Below are positions 30,433 through 39,962 of a DNA stretch of 64,000 nt, in pieces (the stretch's first letter is position 1; every line of letters starts with the position of its first letter). This DNA is from Candidatus Nomurabacteria bacterium (lineage in GTDB: Bacteria > Patescibacteriota > Minisyncoccia > Phycocordibacterales > SBAW01), in contig CALRFF010000002.1 in assembly GCA_943356495.1 (NCBI GenBank), forward strand, positions 165,875-229,874, read 5' to 3'. A program made the translations under genes and the position numbers. Below the pieces are notes generated by a model. That model ran no database searches, was not told the origin of the DNA, and worked only from the letters and a program-made list of their open reading frames with translations.

Positions 30433-31361
30433 TAACGCGCATAAAAAATGCCTTGGCGCGTCGGTATTGGCGGGTGCGCATGAGCCCCCCGCTGTGGCGT
30501 TTTATCAACCGTGGCCGCAGGCGCACGTGGCAGGCGTTGGCTCTGCGGGAGGCGCCGCACGAGCGGCGCATTGCCGACGCATTACGTGCCGACGGTATCG
30601 CGTTTTCATCGCTCCAAGAGCTGGGGCTCGACCATCTTTGGCCGGCCATGCAGGAAAACGCGCGTGCGCTCAAACAACGCTGGGTCAGTGACGCGTCGTT
30701 TAGAGAACATATTTTAGGCGAACTTGAAAGTAAAGAAATAGCCAAAGGCGCCAAAAAAACATTTTTACTTCCGCTCTACGGCGGCGGCTGGACCACGCCT
30801 ATGCTTGAACCGGAAAATCCGTACATACAGTTTTCTCTTTCCGACACGGTGCTTACTATTGCGGGGATGTACCTCGGTCTTATGCCGAAGTTTGACTCGT
30901 TTAACCTTTCTGAGACGGTGTTGGTCGCGGGGGATGCAAAATTTTCCCAGCGATGGCACCGCGACCCGGAGGACCGCCGGCTGCTCAAAGCTTTTATTTA
31001 TGTCTCCGACGTGCTCGACGACGGTGTGGGGCCGTTTACGTATGTGCGGGGAAGTCAGGAGGGCGGCAGGTACCACCACCTTTTTCCGCAGCAATTTCCG
31101 CAGGGGAGTTATCCGGCGCCCGAGGCACTTGAGCGCACGGTGCATCCCAAGGATATCCAAAAAGCTTTCGGAAAAGCGGGCACGGTGGTGTTTGCCGACA
31201 CCGCGGGTCTGCATCGCGGCGGCTTTAGCACCACGCGGGAGCGTATGATGTACACCGCCGGATACGTCGCTGCAACCTCGACCCAGCCGCGCAAGTTTAC
31301 TATAGGGGAGGCCCCCGCCCATCTATCGGTATTGGCGGACGCGTCGCTCAGAGTATACTAA
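30429..31361 (+). CDS. PhyH-like Fe(II)/2OG dioxygenase
   Basis: SQRWHRD, GPFTYVRGS, ADTAGLHRG, R. Confidence 0.78.
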   Translation: MITRIKNALARRYWRVRMSPPLWRFINRGRRRTWQALALREAPHERRIADALRADGIAFSSLQELGLDHLWPAMQENARALKQRWVSDASFREHILGELESKEIAKGAKKTFLLPLYGGGWTTPMLEPENPYIQFSLSDTVLTIAGMYLGLMPKFDSFNLSETVLVAGDAKFSQRWHRDPEDRRLLKAFIYVSDVLDDGVGPFTYVRGSQEGGRYHHLFPQQFPQGSYPAPEALERTVHPKDIQKAFGKAGTVVFADTAGLHRGGFSTTRERMMYTAGYVAATSTQPRKFTIGEAPAHLSVLADASLRVY

Positions 31362-31367
31362 ACCCTT

Positions 31368-32078
31368 ATGCGCATCGAACCTTTTACACTTATCCGCGGT
31401 CGCCACCCCTTTGTAACGGTCGAAGAGCTCCGTCGCGATTCCACGCTCCTTTTAGAGCCCAAGGGCGATTGGACGGGGCCGCGGTTTGAGGGTTCTACAA
31501 CCACCTCACTGGTCGAAAAGTACTGCCCTAAAGAAAGGCCAATACTTGAATGCGGCCCTATTTGGGGAAAGTTTACAGAATGGCTGCAGAATTACGGCTA
31601 CCGCGATGTACGCGTACTCGATTTTGCAGATATGCTCCGGTGGGGCGACCGCGCCAAGATGCAGTTTGCGGTAACCGATTTTAACAAGGACCGCATGCCG
31701 TATGCGGACAATACCATCGGGAGTGCGGTCGCGTGGGGGATATGCGAGCATTTGGAAAATCCGTTCCATGCGGCCCGCGAGGTAGCACGCGTGCTTAAGC
31801 CCGGAGGTGTGTTTGTTATGGCGATACCGAACGTATTCCATATCGTCAGCAAGTTGGTCTTTTTGCGTCGGGGGATGTTTCCGCGCTGGAGTTACGGCAA
31901 CAACCATATTTCCATACTGCCGCACGGCGTGTTTGAAAAGACAATTCTGCGCGATTTTACGCTTGTCGAAACACGCTACTACAAGCCGTTCTTGCATTGG
32001 CTGGGTGCAAAGGCAAAGTACCTGCCGGCAAACGAGTGGTTTAGCGATTATGTCGCCTATGTGCTGGTAAAAAAATAA
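31368..32078 (+). CDS. Class I SAM-dependent methyltransferase (copy B)
   Basis: ILECGPIWG, CEHLENP; C-terminal half nearly identical to copy A. Confidence 0.85.
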   Translation: MRIEPFTLIRGRHPFVTVEELRRDSTLLLEPKGDWTGPRFEGSTTTSLVEKYCPKERPILECGPIWGKFTEWLQNYGYRDVRVLDFADMLRWGDRAKMQFAVTDFNKDRMPYADNTIGSAVAWGICEHLENPFHAAREVARVLKPGGVFVMAIPNVFHIVSKLVFLRRGMFPRWSYGNNHISILPHGVFEKTILRDFTLVETRYYKPFLHWLGAKAKYLPANEWFSDYVAYVLVKK

Positions 32079-32091
32079 CTACACGAGCCGC

Positions 32092-33441
32092 ATGAAGACC
32101 CTGCTTATTACCAGCTTTCATCCGGTTGTGTTGCGCAACCTGCTGATGACCGAGGCCCTGAGTCTGCTTATGGCGCGCACCGACGTGCGGGTGGTGGTGC
32201 TTGTGCCGGGATATAAAAAAGAGTATTTTGCCGCGCAACTTCAGTACCCGAACCTTATAGTCGAGGGCATTACGCTCGGTTCGCCTTCAAAACAGTTTGT
32301 TACGCTTATTATAAAACGGCTCGCAAAACTTTCTATCGATACTGCATCGGCCAAAATTCAGCGCCGTATGAAGTGGGAGCGCGAGGGCAAGTGGTGGTAC
32401 TATGCGGCCGCTGCCGTACCGGCATGGTTGTCACGTCACGGGTGGTACCGCGCCGCGTTGCGCTATGCCGACCGCGTACTTACCGCTACAAATCGCTACG
32501 AGGAACTCTTTAACACCTACGCTCCCGACTTGGTATTGGTAACCGACGTGCAGAACGAGCGCGATGTCGAGGTGTCGCAATACGCCAAGCGCCGCGGTAT
32601 CCGCACCTACGCGCTGGTGCGCAACTGGGACAACCTTACAAGTCACGGGCTTATCCGTAGCGTGCCGGATGTGCTGCTGGTGGGGAGCGGCGAGTTGCGT
32701 CGGCAGGCAATACATTTAAACGGCCTGCGGCAGGAGCGGGTGCGGTTGGTGGGCAACCCGCACCATGACCGTTGGGTTAAAGGATCACCCCAAAGTCGCG
32801 AGGCTTTTTTTGCCGAGCACGGTTTTGACCAAAAAAAGCCGCTTATTCTCCTCGCTCTTATCGGCGATTGGTATATCCCCGACAACGATACCGACGCCTA
32901 CTTGCTTGAGCTTGCTGCAACGTGGGACGCAAATGTGATGGTGCGTTTTCATCCGACGGTAGAAGTGGCGGCGTTGCGGGACGCCAAACCAGCCCCTAAT
33001 ATGGCGTTTGACCGGCCGGGACAGGCGTTTAGTAGCGAGTATGCCGACCGTGTACTCGACACCAAAGACGACGAGCGGCTTATGTGCGAGCTTTCTTACA
33101 GTGACATGGTGGTGTGCGGGCCGACTACGTTGGGCATGGAGGCGATGTTGTTCGGCAAGCCGGTTGCGCTTATTAACTTTCACCGCCGCAGCCGTTCGCT
33201 CAAAGAGGGTATTGTACTGTACGAGTATGACCACCTGCGTTTTGTGCGGCAGTATCGCGCCGCGTGGTTGACCGAAAGCGCCGAAGAGCTCGGCCGCGCG
33301 ATAACAACCTATCTCAAAAATCCTGAGTTACATGCAGAGGGACGCGCGGTTGTGGCAAATGCCTACGGCGGCCCGCAGGACGGCCGCTCGGGCAAGCGTC
33401 TTGCGCAGGAGCTGCTCGACGGCCTCGGGCTCTTGACGTAA
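32092..33441 (+). CDS. TagF-like (CDP-glycerol glycerophosphotransferase-like) GT-B protein, paralog 1
   Basis: NWDNL, GNPHHD, VRFHP, TTLGMEA, DGRSGKRL. Confidence 0.6.
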   Translation: MKTLLITSFHPVVLRNLLMTEALSLLMARTDVRVVVLVPGYKKEYFAAQLQYPNLIVEGITLGSPSKQFVTLIIKRLAKLSIDTASAKIQRRMKWEREGKWWYYAAAAVPAWLSRHGWYRAALRYADRVLTATNRYEELFNTYAPDLVLVTDVQNERDVEVSQYAKRRGIRTYALVRNWDNLTSHGLIRSVPDVLLVGSGELRRQAIHLNGLRQERVRLVGNPHHDRWVKGSPQSREAFFAEHGFDQKKPLILLALIGDWYIPDNDTDAYLLELAATWDANVMVRFHPTVEVAALRDAKPAPNMAFDRPGQAFSSEYADRVLDTKDDERLMCELSYSDMVVCGPTTLGMEAMLFGKPVALINFHRRSRSLKEGIVLYEYDHLRFVRQYRAAWLTESAEELGRAITTYLKNPELHAEGRAVVANAYGGPQDGRSGKRLAQELLDGLGLLT

Positions 33442-33467
33442 ACGCCCGCCAGCGACACCATCACCCT

Positions 33468-35168
33468 ATGAACGTACTCGGACTCAAAATAGCTAACCAC
33501 GACACGGGCGCCGCGCTTATTGCGCACGGGCGCGTCGTCGCCGTCTCCGAAGAGCGGCTTAACCGGGTTAAGCACTCGTTTAATATGTTCCCCACGCTCG
33601 CGATAGACTACTGCCTTGCGGAGTTGGGGCTTACACCGGCAGAGCTGGACCTTATTGTTATCGATCAAACCGGCGTGCGCGAAGAGGCACCGATGAAAGA
33701 AATTTTTGCGCGCGAGACAGGTGCCCGCTTTGCGGGCGTGCGGGTGGAGGTTATCAACCACCACGACGCGCACGCGGCATCGGCTTTTTTTGCATCACCG
33801 TTTAGCGAGTCGGCGGTGCTGGTGTACGACGGCTCGGGCGAGCGCTTTTTGACGCAAGAAGGCGTAGTGGTAGAAACAGAGACGCTCTACCAAGGCCGCG
33901 ACAACACGCTTACCGAACTGCAGAAAGTGCGCCACTTGCGCGACGGACGCCGCGCGACCATCGGCATCGGCAAAGTGTACAGTCTGCTTTCAAGCTCGTA
34001 CCTCGGCTTCGGCAACTACAACGAAGGCAAAATGATGGGGTTAGCGCCGTTTGGGGACCTGTCGTTGCTACAAAAAATCCCCGAACACCGCTGGTGGAAA
34101 GAGGTAGACGGCGAAATTGTCTGCAACGCGCAGATATTCCCCGCATGGCGTATTCCGCTTATCGGCGGCGCATTGGCGGCGCTGTGGCACCGCGCACGTT
34201 TGGGCAGCAGTGTCTTTGCCCCTATTATCCTGCCGCGCCCGGCGCGCAATGGGGAGCAGCTACCCGACACGTACTATGCAAGCGTGGCGCGCACCGCCCA
34301 GCATGTGCTCGAGGCCGTTGCGGTCGCGCTCGGTTTAAAACTTAAAGCGCTGACCGGCTCGGATAATTTGGCGATAGCCGGCGGCATCGGCCTTAACATC
34401 GACGCCAATAAAAACTTTTTAGACAAAGCGGGTTTTAAGCGCTTGTTCGTACAGCCCGGCAGCTCCGACAGCGGAGTACCGCTTGGGTGCGCGCTGTGGG
34501 GCTACCATGTACTCCTTAAACAGCCGCGCTTTTGGGAGATGAAGCATGCCTATCTCGGACGCGCCTACTCTACCCTAGAGGTTGAAGCGGCCCTAGACGC
34601 TTTTAAAGATAAGGTGCGCTGGAGACGCTCCGCCACGATAGCCAAAGACGCGGCCGCGCTGTTGGCCGACGGCAAAGTGGGGGCGTGGTTTCAGGGCGGG
34701 AGCGAGTATGGGCCGCGCGCGCTCGGGCACCGCTCGATTATTGCCGATGCCCGCCGCCCCGACATGGCCGACACGCTTAACTATCGCGTCAAGCACCGCG
34801 AGGCGTGGCGGCCGTTTGCCACCTCGATGCTTAAAGACAAGTTGAGCGAGTGGTTTGACCTTGCGCACGAAAGTCCGTACATGCTGCTTGCGGCGCAGGC
34901 GCTCCCCGGCGTAGCCGCGCAGGTGCCGTCGGTCATACACGTCGACAACACCTCGCGCATACAAACCGTGACCAAAGAAGACAATGGGCGGTACTTCGAG
35001 CTGATAGACGAGTTTTACAAACTGACCGGTGTGCCTATTATCCTCAACACCTCCTTTAACCTCGGCGGCGAGCCTATTGTCGAAAGCCCGCAAGACGCCC
35101 TGCGCACCTTTACCTCGACCGACATGGATTACTTGGTGCTCGAGGAGTATGTGGTAGAGAAGCTCTAA
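33468..35168 (+). CDS. O-carbamoyltransferase (NodU/CmcH family)
   Basis: HD..AA, EER..R.KH, HHDAHA, GKMMGLA, EYGPRALGHRS, KHREAWRPF, NTSFN. Confidence 0.93.
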   Translation: MNVLGLKIANHDTGAALIAHGRVVAVSEERLNRVKHSFNMFPTLAIDYCLAELGLTPAELDLIVIDQTGVREEAPMKEIFARETGARFAGVRVEVINHHDAHAASAFFASPFSESAVLVYDGSGERFLTQEGVVVETETLYQGRDNTLTELQKVRHLRDGRRATIGIGKVYSLLSSSYLGFGNYNEGKMMGLAPFGDLSLLQKIPEHRWWKEVDGEIVCNAQIFPAWRIPLIGGALAALWHRARLGSSVFAPIILPRPARNGEQLPDTYYASVARTAQHVLEAVAVALGLKLKALTGSDNLAIAGGIGLNIDANKNFLDKAGFKRLFVQPGSSDSGVPLGCALWGYHVLLKQPRFWEMKHAYLGRAYSTLEVEAALDAFKDKVRWRRSATIAKDAAALLADGKVGAWFQGGSEYGPRALGHRSIIADARRPDMADTLNYRVKHREAWRPFATSMLKDKLSEWFDLAHESPYMLLAAQALPGVAAQVPSVIHVDNTSRIQTVTKEDNGRYFELIDEFYKLTGVPIILNTSFNLGGEPIVESPQDALRTFTSTDMDYLVLEEYVVEKL

Positions 35169-35169
35169 G

Positions 35170-36543
35170 ATGAAAACTGTTTTTATTACGAGCTTTCATG
35201 CGCTTATATCGCGCAATATCCTAATGGCCGGCGTACCCGCGCTGTTGGCTAATACACACCGCGTGGTGCTGTTGGTCCCGCAGGAAAAAGTATCCTACTT
35301 TGCCGACGAGTTCGGCCTGCCTGCCGGCAAGGCAGGCGGTGGCGAAATTATAGTTGAAGGCGTGGATACGACGCTTACCCGCCGCGACCGCCTGCTGCGG
35401 TATGCAGTGCTGGCAATTACCCGTACCAAAGGCCTTGCGATAAAAAGACGCGCTAAATATGCCGCCGGCGGGAACTTACTTTCCTATATCGGCTCGGCAC
35501 TGCCCTCGGCGCTGCTGCGCGGCGCGCGGCCGGTTGTTGCCGCTTTACGTTTTTTTGACCCATTGGTGCTGCGCTCGCGCCGTTTTGCACCGTTGTTTGC
35601 AAAGTATCAGCCGGCGCTCGTGTTTGCTACCGACCTGCAAAACGAAATGGATGTGCGCCTGCTCGAAGAGGCAAAGGCCCGCGGTGTTGCCACTGCGGGC
35701 ATGATCCGCTCGTGGGACAACGTGTCATCAAAGGGTTTGTTGCGCGCGGTGCCCGCGCTGGTGGTGGTACACAACGAGTCTTTGAAGCGCCAAATGATTG
35801 AAAAAAATTTCATACCAGCAGACACTATTGCGGTGGTAGGTATCCCGCATTACGACCGGTATGCGGAGCCCGCCGTTACCGTGCGGGAAGATTTTTTTGC
35901 CCCGCTCGGGCTCGATAAAAACCGGAAACTTGTTTTGTTCGCGCCGATAGGCGACCGCTATATCCGCGACAACAAGCTCGATGCGCTTATACTCGAGACA
36001 CTTTCCCACCTCGATGTAAACGTTCTGGTGCGTTTGCCGCCGACCGACACTATCGCGTACCTGCCGGTGCCGAATAATCGCGCGCATATAGTAGTGCAAA
36101 AAACCGGCGACCGTCCGTGGAAGAATGCTCATGGAGGGGGAGCTTCTAAACTCAATGAGATAACGCGCCAAGACGAACAGACGCTTATAGACTCGCTCTA
36201 CTACGCCGACGTATTAGTGACAGGGCAGTCGACCATGGTTATCGATGCGGCGGCCTTTGATACCCCGAGCATTATTATCGACTTTGACACCGAGCCGCGC
36301 GAGTACTACGACAGCATGCATCGCTACTACGACTACGAGTACTATCCGCCGGTTATACAAAGCGGCGGGGTGTTTGTGGCGCGCTCACCCGAGGAGTTGC
36401 GTATACTGGTCGAGTCTTCGCTTACGGACCGCGCACTCGGCCACGATGGCCGTATGCGGCTGTTTGCTGAGCAAGCGGGGGAGTTAGGGGGCGGTTCGGC
36501 GGAACGACTTGTGGAGGCGTTGCGGTCGGCGATATACTCCTAA
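35170..36543 (+). CDS. TagF-like GT-B protein, paralog 2
   Basis: SWDNVSSKG, GIPHYD, STMVIDA; similar to 32092-33441. Confidence 0.6.
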   Translation: MKTVFITSFHALISRNILMAGVPALLANTHRVVLLVPQEKVSYFADEFGLPAGKAGGGEIIVEGVDTTLTRRDRLLRYAVLAITRTKGLAIKRRAKYAAGGNLLSYIGSALPSALLRGARPVVAALRFFDPLVLRSRRFAPLFAKYQPALVFATDLQNEMDVRLLEEAKARGVATAGMIRSWDNVSSKGLLRAVPALVVVHNESLKRQMIEKNFIPADTIAVVGIPHYDRYAEPAVTVREDFFAPLGLDKNRKLVLFAPIGDRYIRDNKLDALILETLSHLDVNVLVRLPPTDTIAYLPVPNNRAHIVVQKTGDRPWKNAHGGGASKLNEITRQDEQTLIDSLYYADVLVTGQSTMVIDAAAFDTPSIIIDFDTEPREYYDSMHRYYDYEYYPPVIQSGGVFVARSPEELRILVESSLTDRALGHDGRMRLFAEQAGELGGGSAERLVEALRSAIYS

Positions 36544-36547
36544 TATC

Positions 36548-37807
36548 ATGGAAGGGCCTCTTATAAGCGTATATATACCCACCAACGGGCGTCCGGAGCT
36601 GGAGTATGCGATTGATTCGATACTCAATCAGGATATACCGGGAGTCGAGATAGTGGTGAGTAGTTGCGCCAAACAAGAGGAGGTTGCTCGGCTCATCAGG
36701 AGATATAATAACCCTTTAATTAAAAACGCTCCCTTGCCGGAGGGGATGCCGACTAACGGTACTTTTGATTATGCGGCGCGACACACGACCGGGCGGTATA
36801 TTTTTTTCCTGAGCGACGACGACTGTTTTTTGCCGGGGGCGCTTGCTTTGATGGTCGCCGTGGCGCGCTCTACCGGCGCCGACCTAGTGGCGGGCAACCA
36901 CCTGTACTTTTACGACAACAGGCATGCGCGCCGCTATTTGTGGCATGCGATGGGCGTCGTTCCGTACACCGGCACTACACGCACTTTTAATCCGTTTCAG
37001 GCTATCCGGGCGTTTTTTGCCTTCGATCGCATAGGTCCCAAGCATCAAATTCCGCGTCTCCATCCGTCTACGATTATGGTCGAGCGGGGCGTGATGGAGC
37101 GGGCGTGGAAACAGATAGGGACGATTATGTTCGACGATTTGCCGAACGGGCTTTCGCATCAGCCGATTCTTCTCGCGCATGCGCAGCGCTGCGTGTCGGT
37201 TGATTACCCCGTGGTCATCGTCGGACGCCTCGGCGTCTCTATGAGTCAGGTGTGGTCGACGGCTGCCCGCAACCGCTTTCGCAAAACACCGTTTCCTTTG
37301 GAATATTCGCCGGTCATCGGCTACACGCGCATTAACGGCTCGATAGAAAATTATCTCCGCCTGCAAAAACGGTATCCGGAGGTGTTCGGTGATATTCCCA
37401 TCAATTACAATGTATTTGCCCGTATTTATGTGCAGGAGTTGCGGTACTTGGACATGGAGTGGAACATGATGGTGCCGGTATGGCGCGACGCCTTTGCGTT
37501 TTTGCGCACCTTGCCGGAGCCGGTACGCACCGAACTGCTCGCCAAAGCGCGGCGTTTTGCGCTTCTGTATCCTGTCGTATTCGTTGCGCGGCGCACGGGG
37601 CTGCATCACCTGTGGCGGGTACTGCTCGGACGGCGGATCGCCGCTCGCGCTCCGTCTCCTGCGGTGGAGTTTGCACACAAGCGGGAATTTTATATACCGC
37701 TTGCAAAGTATCCAACGGTTCGCACCATCAGCGATGTGGCGGCCAACGCCTTTTCTATTTTGCGCCATGAGATAGGCCAAGGCCTTCCTTCGGCACCAAG
37801 TATATGA
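36548..37807 (+). CDS. GT2 glycosyltransferase
   Basis: ISVYIPT, AIDSILNQ, FFLSDDD. Confidence 0.82.
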   Translation: MEGPLISVYIPTNGRPELEYAIDSILNQDIPGVEIVVSSCAKQEEVARLIRRYNNPLIKNAPLPEGMPTNGTFDYAARHTTGRYIFFLSDDDCFLPGALALMVAVARSTGADLVAGNHLYFYDNRHARRYLWHAMGVVPYTGTTRTFNPFQAIRAFFAFDRIGPKHQIPRLHPSTIMVERGVMERAWKQIGTIMFDDLPNGLSHQPILLAHAQRCVSVDYPVVIVGRLGVSMSQVWSTAARNRFRKTPFPLEYSPVIGYTRINGSIENYLRLQKRYPEVFGDIPINYNVFARIYVQELRYLDMEWNMMVPVWRDAFAFLRTLPEPVRTELLAKARRFALLYPVVFVARRTGLHHLWRVLLGRRIAARAPSPAVEFAHKREFYIPLAKYPTVRTISDVAANAFSILRHEIGQGLPSAPSI

Positions 37808-39006
37808 AGATACAACACTGCAGACTCTGTAAGGGGACTTTGAGCGAACCCAAACTCAAATTTCCACCCACTCCTCTGGCGAACGAGTATTTAAAAGACC
37901 CTACTCCGCAGGAACTTTTTCCGCTCGAGGTGTGCGTATGTACGGTGTGCGGGCATTATCAGCTGAACGAAAGCGTCGACCCTGCGCGGCTGTTTCGCTA
38001 TTATCAATATGTAGCGGGGCATTCGGCGGTTAACAAAGAGCATTTTGTACGCTACGCCGGGCATGTGGTAGAGCGTTTTGCGTTGCCGGAGGGCAGCGCG
38101 GTGCTCGATATCGCCAGCAACGACGGCATATTGCTGCAGGCGTTTAAAGAGCGGGGTATGCGGGTACTCGGCATTGATCCGGCGGAGAACTTGGCCGCGC
38201 TGGCGAATGCAAACGGCATCGAAACCATCCCCGACTTTTTTACCGAGGCGAAAGCGTTAGAAATGCGCGCACACTACGGCACATTCGACCTTGTCACGGC
38301 AAACAATGTCTTTGCGCATGTGCCCGATTTGGAGGACTTTGCAAAAGGGGTACAGGTCATGCTCGCGCCCCGCGGCGTATTTTCTTTCGAGGTGTCTTAT
38401 TTTCTCGATGTGTGTGACAAGACGCTGTTTGACACTATTTATCACGAACACTCCTCGTACCACACTCTTACGCCGCTCGTTCCGTTTTTTAAACGGCTCG
38501 GTATGGAACTCTTTGACGTAGAGCATATCGAAAATCACGGGGGCTCTGTCCGGGTGTTTGTTACGCGCGCGGGCGCGCGGCCCGTTGAGTTGCAGGTTGC
38601 TGAGCTTTTGGCAAAAGAGCAGGATATGGAAGGCAAGGTTGCACGGCTGGGGGTAAAAGTGGAGGAGTTGGGGCAGGCTTTGCGCGCCAAACTCAATGAG
38701 CTCAAGAGTGCGGGCAAGCGGATAGCAATTTTCGGCGTGCCGGCAAAGGCCACGACGTTGATATACGCGCTCGGCATCGACGAAAGAACAATAGAGTTTG
38801 CGGTAGATGATACAACGCTTAAACAAGGCACCTATACGCCGGGCAAACATATCCCGATACTGCCCTCGAACGCCATCTATGAGCGCAAGCCCGATGTCCT
38901 GCTGGTGCTGGCGTGGAATTTTGCCGATAGTATCATGCAGAAGCATGCGGCATTTACGGGTACATGGATCGTCCCTATCCCCGAATTGAAAGAATACGGT
39001 ATATGA
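37804..39006 (+). CDS. NDP-sugar C-methyltransferase (Zn-binding)
   Basis: CRLC...CTVCGH, DIASNDG, NVFAH, FDTIYHEH, HGGS, AKATT, LAWNF. Confidence 0.88.
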   Translation: MKIQHCRLCKGTLSEPKLKFPPTPLANEYLKDPTPQELFPLEVCVCTVCGHYQLNESVDPARLFRYYQYVAGHSAVNKEHFVRYAGHVVERFALPEGSAVLDIASNDGILLQAFKERGMRVLGIDPAENLAALANANGIETIPDFFTEAKALEMRAHYGTFDLVTANNVFAHVPDLEDFAKGVQVMLAPRGVFSFEVSYFLDVCDKTLFDTIYHEHSSYHTLTPLVPFFKRLGMELFDVEHIENHGGSVRVFVTRAGARPVELQVAELLAKEQDMEGKVARLGVKVEELGQALRAKLNELKSAGKRIAIFGVPAKATTLIYALGIDERTIEFAVDDTTLKQGTYTPGKHIPILPSNAIYERKPDVLLVLAWNFADSIMQKHAAFTGTWIVPIPELKEYGI

Positions 39007-39962
39007 AAAAAATATTAGTGACCGGAAGCTGCGGGTTTATCTTTAGTAATTTTATGCGCAAAGTGATGCGCGAGAAGACGCCGTACACATTCGTGAGCGT
39101 CGACAAAGTTATTGCTCCGTATAATTTATATAACGTCGGGCTTAATAGGGACCACGCGTTTTACATGGGGGATATCGCCGATGAGGCGTTTATTAATAAC
39201 GTATTTTTGCTTGAAAAGCCGGACATCGTCATCCACGGCGCCGCCGAGAGCTTTGTCGACGCCTCGATACAAAGCGCCGGACCGTTTATCCACTCAAACG
39301 TGGTTGGCACGCAGGTGATGGTCGATATGGCGCTGAGGCACGGCGTCGAGCGTTTTGTCTATGTAAGCACCGACGAGGTCTACGGACAGCTGGGGAAGGA
39401 CGAACCGTCCTGGACCGAGGAGACTCCCATCAACCCGCGCAATCCGTACTCCGCCTCTAAAGCGGCAGGGGAGCTTATCGTGCGCGCCGCCGGCGAAACG
39501 CACGGTCTGCAATACACTATTACCCGCTGTTGCAATAATTACGGGCCGGGTCAGCCGCCCCGCAACTTGGTACCGAGGGCAATCAAATCTATTCTGGCGG
39601 ATGAACCGGTACCTATTCACGGGAGCGGCAAGTATATCCGCGAGTGGCTGTATGTTGATGACCATTGCACGGCGATACTTGCGATTCTGGAGAAATCTCC
39701 CTACAACGAAATCTACAACATCGGTTCCGGCATATCCTGTTCTAATTTGGACATGGTGCAAAAAATCGGAACGTGTCTTAACAAGACTCCGAAAATCGAA
39801 TTTATGAAAGATAGGCTCGGTCAGGACTTCAGATACTCGGTAGAGTTCTCAAAAACTCAGAAACTCGGATGGAAAATCGCGCACACGTTTGATGCGGGTA
39901 TTGAAAAGTGCGTCAAGTGGTATGTCGACAACGGATGGTTTTTACAGAGCACCGGTATGTAA
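39003..39962 (+). CDS. rfbB: dTDP-glucose 4,6-dehydratase
   Basis: AAESFVD.SI, VSTDEVYG, PYSASKA, CNNYGP, REWLYV. Confidence 0.88.
   Translation: MKKILVTGSCGFIFSNFMRKVMREKTPYTFVSVDKVIAPYNLYNVGLNRDHAFYMGDIADEAFINNVFLLEKPDIVIHGAAESFVDASIQSAGPFIHSNVVGTQVMVDMALRHGVERFVYVSTDEVYGQLGKDEPSWTEETPINPRNPYSASKAAGELIVRAAGETHGLQYTITRCCNNYGPGQPPRNLVPRAIKSILADEPVPIHGSGKYIREWLYVDDHCTAILAILEKSPYNEIYNIGSGISCSNLDMVQKIGTCLNKTPKIEFMKDRLGQDFRYSVEFSKTQKLGWKIAHTFDAGIEKCVKWYVDNGWFLQSTGM

Larger units (their letters stand above)
30100..32078 (+). repeat. ~330-bp direct repeat (30100-30432 and 31746-32078)
   Basis: Long identical runs, e.g. gtgcttaagcccggaggtgtgtttgttatggcgataccgaacgtattccatatcgtcagcaagtt; most differences are synonymous. 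Confidence 0.92.

Noticed and set aside
30100-32078. Diversity-generating retroelement TR/VR pair
   Set aside because: Differences are mostly synonymous third-position changes rather than adenine-specific, both copies are coding, and there is no reverse transcriptase in the window.
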